Assembly (NCBI GenBank): GCA_029259175.1
Contig: JAPDJH010000002.1
Coordinates: 64,001-128,000, forward strand
Length of the DNA: 64,000 bases
Direction of reading: 5' to 3'
Source of the DNA: Hadesarchaea archaeon
GTDB taxonomy: Archaea > Hadarchaeota > Hadarchaeia > Hadarchaeales > Hadarchaeaceae
Shown here one piece after another: positions 57,706 through 64,000 of the stretch; the stretch's first letter is position 1, and each line of letters opens with the position of its first letter. The notes below the pieces were generated by a model that saw only the letters and a list, made by a program, of their open reading frames with translations, was not told where the DNA came from and searched no databases. Made by a program: the position numbers and the translations under genes.

Positions 57706-58397
57706 TATTTCACCGGCTCTACGGTTGTTCCTGAATGTGAAGCACCTGCGACGATTTCAGGTAGTCTCGGCACATCGGTTGCTGGCAACACAAAAGTTTT
57801 CAACTTGTATCTGTCTATCAGCTTGACGGCAATGGGATCAAGAACTATTTTTATGCCCGGTTTTTGACGAACATGACCAAACATTTTGACGAGTTCTTTC
57901 GTGGTAAGGCGCAGAATTTTTTGCGCCTCGGGGTTCGTTTTCGGATCAGCGGTGTATATCCCATCTACGTCGGTGATAAATATCAAAAGCTCCGATCCGC
58001 TTGCATTGGCGAGGAGCGCTGCGACGGCGTCAGTTGTTTGACCGGGAGCAGTACCTCCCATCACAGGGATTTTACCATGCATGGCTTGTTCAAGCGCAGC
58101 TTCTATGGTGGTAGGGACTTCTCTCCCAATTTCGCTACCCAGCAGGAGTGAGAGAAGCTTGGCATTTAGCCGCGTCGTCCATATGCCGATTTCGTCCAAA
58201 AGACTGGAAGACAAGTGAAGTTTTTTTCCAGCCTCCATATATTTTCGAGCAGTTTCTCCTCCTCCAACGACCACGTAAACCAAGTGCCCTTGACGTTTCA
58301 GGGTCTTCACAGCGCTAGCGATCTCTGAAAGTAATTTTACATCGAGTTCTCCATTTTTGGCGAGAATCGAGCCACCGATGTTTAGGGTAATCCGCAT
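57705..58397 (-). CDS. pyrH: uridylate kinase
   Basis: IGGS, VVGGG..AR.Y, D.IGI..TR.NA, MGGT.PG.TTD and VDGIY..DP motifs; start taken at 58397. Confidence 0.95.
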   Translation of the reverse strand: MRITLNIGGSILAKNGELDVKLLSEIASAVKTLKRQGHLVYVVVGGGETARKYMEAGKKLHLSSSLLDEIGIWTTRLNAKLLSLLLGSEIGREVPTTIEAALEQAMHGKIPVMGGTAPGQTTDAVAALLANASGSELLIFITDVDGIYTADPKTNPEAQKILRLTTKELVKMFGHVRQKPGIKIVLDPIAVKLIDRYKLKTFVLPATDVPRLPEIVAGASHSGTTVEPVK

Positions 58398-58478
58398 TGT
58401 CTCCTCTCTTCTCTGATTTCCGCATATAAAAATCCTTGATGTTTTTAACCGTTGAATAAAGAGGTATTCCCGATTGGT

Positions 58479-59732
58479 ATGCCCGCCGACTCCAAAACGA
58501 TGTATCACTTCCGAAAAATGCTCGAGGAGCTAGAGAGTAAGAAGGGACGAGGCACCGAGCTTATTTCAGTTTATATTCCTCCGGATTTCGAGCTAGCCAA
58601 AGTTTTACAGCAACTTCGTGAGGAACAAGGAACCGCTGCGAACATCAAGTCTAAATCTACCAGAAAAAACGTGCAAGGCGCTCTCGAGCGAATTATTCAG
58701 TTTCTCCAAGCATATATGCGGACCAACAAAAAACCACCCAAGAACGGGCTGGCGATTTTTGCCGGCAATGTAGCGGGGAGAGATGATTACGTGGATATCC
58801 AGCTCTATTGGATCGAGCCTCCGGAGCCCGTGAGAGTCCGGATGTATCGGTGTGATCAGCAATTCGTCTTGGATCCTCTCAAGGAAATGCTAGAAGTAAA
58901 AGAAACCGTCGGTGTGGTGGCGATCGATGGGAAGGAAGCCACCATCGCGACCGTGAGAGGGAAAAATATTGACATCGAGCGCTCTTTGACGTCGGGGGTT
59001 CCTAGCAAGCACGGCAAGGGTGGACAATCCGCTAGGCGATTTGAACGCTTAAGGGAAATCGCAATTCATGAATACTTTAAGCGAGTCGCTGAGGCCATGA
59101 ACTCCATATTTTCGAACATTCCTGATCTGAAGGCAATTCTTGTGGGTGGTCCTGGTCCAACGAAAGAGGATTTTCTGAAAGAAGAATTGCTTCATCCAAA
59201 TATTCGAGAAAAGATAATTGGAGTAATCGACACTGGATATGCGGACGAACAAGGAATAAAAGAAATCGTGAACAAAGCGGGAGAAATACTCGGCGAGCTA
59301 GAAATCATGAAAGAGAAGAATTTGATGCAGAAGTTTTTGCAGGAACTGGTTATTGGATCTGGATTGGCTGTTTTTGGTGAAGAAGAAGTTCGGAAAGCTC
59401 TAGAAGTTGGTGCCGTTGATCGATTATTAATCTCTGAAGCTTATGGAGAGACGCGAGCGCAATTGAAGTGTATGGGGTGTGGTTACGAATTCGAGCAACG
59501 TACCAAGAATTTCAAGATATTTCAGCAACAACTTCCAATGAAAGCTTGTCCCAAATGTGGTGAAAAAAAGCTAACCATTGTGGGAGCTCATGATATCGTC
59601 GAGGAGTTTCTCGAAATGGCGGAGCAAAAGGGTTCAAAAGTGGAGTTCATCTCGACCCAAACAGAGGAAGGCAAACAACTTCAGCTAGGTTTTAAAGGAA
59701 TAGCGGCGATCTTGCGGTTCAAGCCGGGCTAA
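58479..59732 (+). CDS. prf1: peptide chain release factor aRF1
   Basis: GRGTELIS, NIKS, YRCD and GGQS motifs; Zn-ribbon insertion in the C-domain. Confidence 0.98.
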   Translation: MPADSKTMYHFRKMLEELESKKGRGTELISVYIPPDFELAKVLQQLREEQGTAANIKSKSTRKNVQGALERIIQFLQAYMRTNKKPPKNGLAIFAGNVAGRDDYVDIQLYWIEPPEPVRVRMYRCDQQFVLDPLKEMLEVKETVGVVAIDGKEATIATVRGKNIDIERSLTSGVPSKHGKGGQSARRFERLREIAIHEYFKRVAEAMNSIFSNIPDLKAILVGGPGPTKEDFLKEELLHPNIREKIIGVIDTGYADEQGIKEIVNKAGEILGELEIMKEKNLMQKFLQELVIGSGLAVFGEEEVRKALEVGAVDRLLISEAYGETRAQLKCMGCGYEFEQRTKNFKIFQQQLPMKACPKCGEKKLTIVGAHDIVEEFLEMAEQKGSKVEFISTQTEEGKQLQLGFKGIAAILRFKPG

Positions 59733-60970
59733 GTCCCCATCTCCCAAGAGCGCTGATATTCTTGTTGTTCGGGAGTGAGTGGCTCGAGTTCTACTCCCAT
59801 TGCCTTTAGCTTGAGAGTCACTACTTTCCGATCTATTTCGGGTGGAACGTTGTAGACCCCGGGCTCCATCTGGCTGCCATACTTTGCCAAGTACTCGACA
59901 GACAATGCTTGTAATGAGAAACTCAGATCCATTATTTCGATGGGATGCCCCAGTGATCTTCTGCCGGCGAGGTTCACCAACCGCCCCTCCGTGAGCAGAT
60001 ACAATCTTCTGCCGTTTCGCAACGTGAATTCTTCCACGTCTTCCATAATCTTTCTGCGTTTTTTGCTGATTTGTGCGAGTCCACCGATGTCTATCTCCAC
60101 GTTGAAGTGGCCAGCATTGCAAAGAATGGCTTTGTCCTTCATTATACGGAAATGCTCTTTGCGGATCACGTGGTAGCTGCCGGTAGCAGTAATAAAAATG
60201 TCTCCCACTCGTGCGGCGTTTCGCATTGGAAGCACTTCAAATCCTTCGAAAGTAGCTTCTAGGGCCTTCACGGGATCAGATTCCACCACAACGACCCTAG
60301 CCCCCAGACCTCTAGCTCTCGAGGCAATCCCTCGTCCCACGAAGCCAAAGCCGATAACCACCACTTTTTTTCCCGAGATTTGAGTGTTCGTGATGCTCAT
60401 CAGAGCTTGCAGAGTGGACTCTGCTGTTCCGAACCTGTTATCAAAGTACCGTTTACCCGGCGAATCGTTGACGGCTATCACGGGGATTCGCAATACTCGA
60501 TCCCGTTCCATAGCTTTCAAGCGTATGACTCCGGTGGTAGTCTCCTCTGAGGCACCCAGGATCTGAGTTATCAACTTGGGTTTTTTGTGTGCGAGCACTA
60601 TGAGGTCTCCACCGTCGTCGATCAAAATATCTGGCTTGGTAGCCAAAACTCGGTTCAGATTCTTATAATATTCTTGCTTGCTTTCACCACGTTTGGCGAA
60701 CACCTGTGCTCCCTCTCCGGCGAGAGCCGTAGCCACTTCATCTTTGGTTGAGAGAGGATTGCAGCCTGTGATCGCGACTTTTGCACCACCCTCAATGAGT
60801 GTTTTCATCAGGACAGCCGTTTTTGCTTCCACATGCAGCGCCGCACCGATTTGCAAACCCCTGAGCGGCTTTGTTCTAGAAAAATGAGACATGATTTGGC
60901 TCAAGACTGGCATGTGGAGCTTTGCCCACTGAATCATTTGCCTACCAACTGTTGTTTTGTCTCGTTTCAT
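59729..60970 (-). CDS. ahcY: S-adenosyl/S-inosyl-homocysteine hydrolase
   Basis: LHVEAKT, CNP.ST, DDGGD, EETTTG, FDN..GT, GHFNVE and GHP...MD.SF motifs. Confidence 0.97.
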   Translation of the reverse strand: MKRDKTTVGRQMIQWAKLHMPVLSQIMSHFSRTKPLRGLQIGAALHVEAKTAVLMKTLIEGGAKVAITGCNPLSTKDEVATALAGEGAQVFAKRGESKQEYYKNLNRVLATKPDILIDDGGDLIVLAHKKPKLITQILGASEETTTGVIRLKAMERDRVLRIPVIAVNDSPGKRYFDNRFGTAESTLQALMSITNTQISGKKVVVIGFGFVGRGIASRARGLGARVVVVESDPVKALEATFEGFEVLPMRNAARVGDIFITATGSYHVIRKEHFRIMKDKAILCNAGHFNVEIDIGGLAQISKKRRKIMEDVEEFTLRNGRRLYLLTEGRLVNLAGRRSLGHPIEIMDLSFSLQALSVEYLAKYGSQMEPGVYNVPPEIDRKVVTLKLKAMGVELEPLTPEQQEYQRSWEMGT

Positions 60971-62265
60971 CCGGCTCTCTCCACTAAATCCATTGCCATT
61001 TCTTGTGCACGAGAGAGAACTAGTGATTCATCCATAGTCAATACTTGTCGATCCTTCATGATGATTTGTCCGTCGCAGATTACGTCGCTGACGTCGCCAC
61101 CGTTAGCAGCATATACCAAGTGCGAGACCACATCGTGCATTGGTGCTAGGTGAGCCGATCGGAGATTTACCAAAATGATGTCTGCTTTTTTTCCTACCTC
61201 AATACTTCCGATTTCATTTTCCAAGCGCAGAGCTTTGGCTCCTCCAATGGTGGCCATTTCGAGGGTTTCCCACGTGTTCACAACCGTGGGATTGTTTTCT
61301 CTGACTTTGGCAATCAAGCTGCAGATTTTCATTTCTTCGAACATGTCAAGATTGTTGTTGCTTGCTGCGCCGTCCGTTCCAATCCCTACCGTGATCCCTT
61401 CACGTAAATAGCGGGCGATTGGAGCAATCCCGGAAGCCAGCTTGAGATTGCTCACGGGGTTGTGGGCGATCTTTACGTTTCTTTGTTTTAGTATTCTCAT
61501 TTCTTCATCGTTCACTTTTACGCAGTGAGCAGCGAGGACTTCTGGACCGAGAAATCCTATTTGTTCCAAAAACTTGATGGGACGCTCTCCTTGAAACTCG
61601 ATAGTGTTTTTGATATCTCCTTCGCTTTCGGACACGTGGATGTGAATCCCCACGTTATGCTTGCGCGCGAGCTCCTTCACCTCTAACAAACACTCCTTCG
61701 AGCACGTGTAGGGCGCATGGGGGCCATACATGGTGAGAATCCGCCCGTTGGCTTTTCCGTGAAATTTTTGCACGAGTTCTGTTCCTTTTACAATTTCCGA
61801 TTTTCGCCTTTCCGGATCTCCAAGTTCGATTATCCCGTAAGACAATACCCCTCGTATGCCCGATTCTTTTACTGCTTTTGCGACCCGATCCATGAAGAAG
61901 TATTGGTCGGCAAAGCATGTTGTTCCGCTTTTGATCATCTCAAGGCAGCCGAGCATTGCGCCCCAGTACACATGGTCGGCAGTCAGGTGAAGCTCCATTG
62001 GCCAAATCTTTTGTTCCAGCCATTCGATTAGCTCCATATCGTCGGCAACACCTCGGAAGAGAACCATTGCTAAATGGGTATGAGCGTTGATTAATCCCGG
62101 TAATACGGCTTTTTGGCGGGCGTCTATTTCGATATCAGCTTTCTGTTTTACTTCCCCGATTTGAGCTATTTTTCCATCTTGGATTAGCACGTCAGTGTTT
62201 TTCAGAACTTGCCGCCGTCCATCACAAGGAATGACAGTTCCCTTCTTGATGAGGATGCTCTCCAT
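60967..62265 (-). CDS. mtaD: 5'-deoxyadenosine / MTA / SAH deaminase
   Basis: NAHTH.AM...RG..DD..L.EWL...IWP.E, PHAPYT, H.SE, SNLKLASG and GTDG..SNN motifs. Confidence 0.93.
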   Translation of the reverse strand: MESILIKKGTVIPCDGRRQVLKNTDVLIQDGKIAQIGEVKQKADIEIDARQKAVLPGLINAHTHLAMVLFRGVADDMELIEWLEQKIWPMELHLTADHVYWGAMLGCLEMIKSGTTCFADQYFFMDRVAKAVKESGIRGVLSYGIIELGDPERRKSEIVKGTELVQKFHGKANGRILTMYGPHAPYTCSKECLLEVKELARKHNVGIHIHVSESEGDIKNTIEFQGERPIKFLEQIGFLGPEVLAAHCVKVNDEEMRILKQRNVKIAHNPVSNLKLASGIAPIARYLREGITVGIGTDGAASNNNLDMFEEMKICSLIAKVRENNPTVVNTWETLEMATIGGAKALRLENEIGSIEVGKKADIILVNLRSAHLAPMHDVVSHLVYAANGGDVSDVICDGQIIMKDRQVLTMDESLVLSRAQEMAMDLVERAG

Positions 62266-62269
62266 TTTT

Positions 62270-62791
62270 TCACCTAAGTGCTTTCACAATGGCACGACCG
62301 AATTCGCGGGCAGCTGGAGGGCCATTGGCTGTGATTATCTTCCCGTCGATTTCTACAGATTTTCCAGTATACGTTGCCCCTCCTGCTTCAAGAATTTCGA
62401 TGAACTGACCGTTCCAGATTGTGGCTTTTTTGCCTTTGAGAACTCCAGCTTTTGCCAAGATTCCGGGAGCGATACAAATGGCTCCCAGCACTTTGCCTAG
62501 CTTGGCGGCTTCTCTAGCAATTCGGTGGGCTTCCCGATCTTCGTAATATACGGATGCTCCGGAGCCTCCGATGAAAATCACCGCATCGTATTGAGCGGTG
62601 TCTACCTCGCTGAGCAGGATCTTAGCTTCAGCGGTTCCTCCAAGCATTCCGCGGATAGTTCCACGCTTGGAGCTGGCCACCGCGGTTTCGATTCCAGCTT
62701 TTTCTAGCTCTTCTTGGGTGTGGAACAACTCCTCATCTCTGAAGTTTGCCGGCGCGATTATTAACAACGCCTTCATGAGCTCAAACGACAC
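62270..62791 (-). CDS. DJ-1/PfpI family protein
   Basis: F.DEE, GG.G, AIC.AP..LA.AG and ITANGP motifs; the start may be the ATG at 62776. Confidence 0.94.
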   Translation of the reverse strand: MSFELMKALLIIAPANFRDEELFHTQEELEKAGIETAVASSKRGTIRGMLGGTAEAKILLSEVDTAQYDAVIFIGGSGASVYYEDREAHRIAREAAKLGKVLGAICIAPGILAKAGVLKGKKATIWNGQFIEILEAGGATYTGKSVEIDGKIITANGPPAAREFGRAIVKALR

Positions 62792-62920
62792 TATTCGTTC
62801 AAAATTAAATGTGTTTAGGATAAAGAGCTAGGTTTTCGTCGTCCAAGAAATCGTAAATTACAAAAGAACCAAGGCTCTATTCTATAGGGGAGGCTGGGGC
62901 CGAGGTATCTCGGTGATGAG

Positions 62921-63766
62921 GTGAAGCTAACCAAAACCTTGGCCTCGGCCGCCCTAGAGCTGGCTCAGGAACTCGGAGCCAAGGCCATTTTAGTTTCTAC
63001 TCAAACTGGACGGACTTATCATATGTTAGAACACATGACCCATGGCCCGCGTGTTATCGCCGCTACCGTTAATCGATCAACCTTTGAACGGCTGAGGGCC
63101 GAGGGTGCCCAAGTTATCTTGATGCCTAGCGGCACAAGGATTCCTCAACTTCAACATGCCATCGGTAGAGCTTGCGTTGAGGGCCTAGTTCAAAGAGGAG
63201 ACGTGCTGGTTTGTTTGATAGGTGAACGACCGGGAGCAGAAGCAGATACTCTTTTCGTTCATCAAGTCAACGGACTGGAAGGTCAGCCTCTCGCTGGTCT
63301 AGATCGTGTTGCCGAAAATGTGATCGAACTTTCGATAAAAATGGCACGCGAGGGAATGGATGGCAAGCCAGTTGGGACTTCCTTCACGATTGGCGATGCT
63401 GGAAAAGTTATGCGGCTCTCGGCCCAAATTGGCATAAACCCCTTCAAGAGCTACAGGATTTCGGTCTTGGATAGAAAGAGCTGGTACCCCATCCGAAGAT
63501 ATGCTCTGGCATGTGAGGGGACATTCGTTGTACGCTCAAATGGTTTGATTGTTGGTGCCGACCGATATCTAAAAGCCGACCATGTTCGTGTTTCCCTACC
63601 CAGCGGCCTCGGAACCAGACATCGTGCGATAGCTCGAATAACCAAAGTCACACGAGCCGTGGGCGTAGTTGTTTCCGAAAGTGATCGCCAAGTTAGGGTT
63701 TTCCGGGAAGGCAAGCTAATCGCCACCATAGACCCGCTTGGCAAGTTGTGGGCCGAGGTTGCGTGA
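62921..63766 (+). CDS. dacZ: DacZ-type diadenylate cyclase (pyruvate-kinase-C-like N-domain plus DisA_N domain)
   Basis: REG..G..VGT.F.IGD, NPF, GLGTRH and VSES motifs; the canonical DGA appears as EGT. Confidence 0.82.
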   Translation: MKLTKTLASAALELAQELGAKAILVSTQTGRTYHMLEHMTHGPRVIAATVNRSTFERLRAEGAQVILMPSGTRIPQLQHAIGRACVEGLVQRGDVLVCLIGERPGAEADTLFVHQVNGLEGQPLAGLDRVAENVIELSIKMAREGMDGKPVGTSFTIGDAGKVMRLSAQIGINPFKSYRISVLDRKSWYPIRRYALACEGTFVVRSNGLIVGADRYLKADHVRVSLPSGLGTRHRAIARITKVTRAVGVVVSESDRQVRVFREGKLIATIDPLGKLWAEVA

Positions 63767-63783
63767 GCTATACATCGTTTTAA

Positions 63784-64000
<217 letters not shown>

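Noticed and set aside
62870-62920. Small hairpin CCGAG-GTAT-CTCGG upstream of dacZ as a riboswitch
   Set aside because: A single 5-bp stem with no match to ydaO or fluoride riboswitch consensus

Overview
Gene-dense archaeal chromosomal segment with a euryarchaeal-type gene inventory. A Hadarchaeota-like lineage is plausible but cannot be proven from the sequence alone. From left to right: the end of a trp operon (trpG-D-C-F-B-A) running into AMP phosphorylase; pyruvoyl arginine decarboxylase and a thermosome subunit; an unusual fusion of a tungsten aldehyde:ferredoxin oxidoreductase to a 3-hexulose-6-phosphate synthase domain; a GH15 hydrolase; tRNA-Gly(GCC); a rhomboid protease flanked by two candidate small structured RNAs; the conserved nep1-rpp21-S19e-PDCD5-L39e-L31e-aIF6-LX-pfdA-ftsY cluster; rtcA; a his operon lacking hisF/hisH and headed by DUF1152; a type IV pilus ATPase/TadC pair; htpX, secG and tsr3; an intact 1470-bp IS with TIRs, a 9-bp target duplication and a divergent passenger ORF; a eukaryote-like topoisomerase IB; a putative anaerobic purine/pyrimidine ring-degradation cluster with several altered active sites; an AbrB-PIN toxin-antitoxin pair; a Cys-less thiolase/DUF35 pair; Moco genes; valS, pyrH and aRF1; a dadD-ahcY pair; a DacZ cyclase with a variant motif; and the start of a bacterial-type metG. 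The strongest novelty candidates are the AOR-HPS fusion, the nucleobase-degradation cluster and the IS regulatory architecture. All calls come from motif recognition; no database searches were run.
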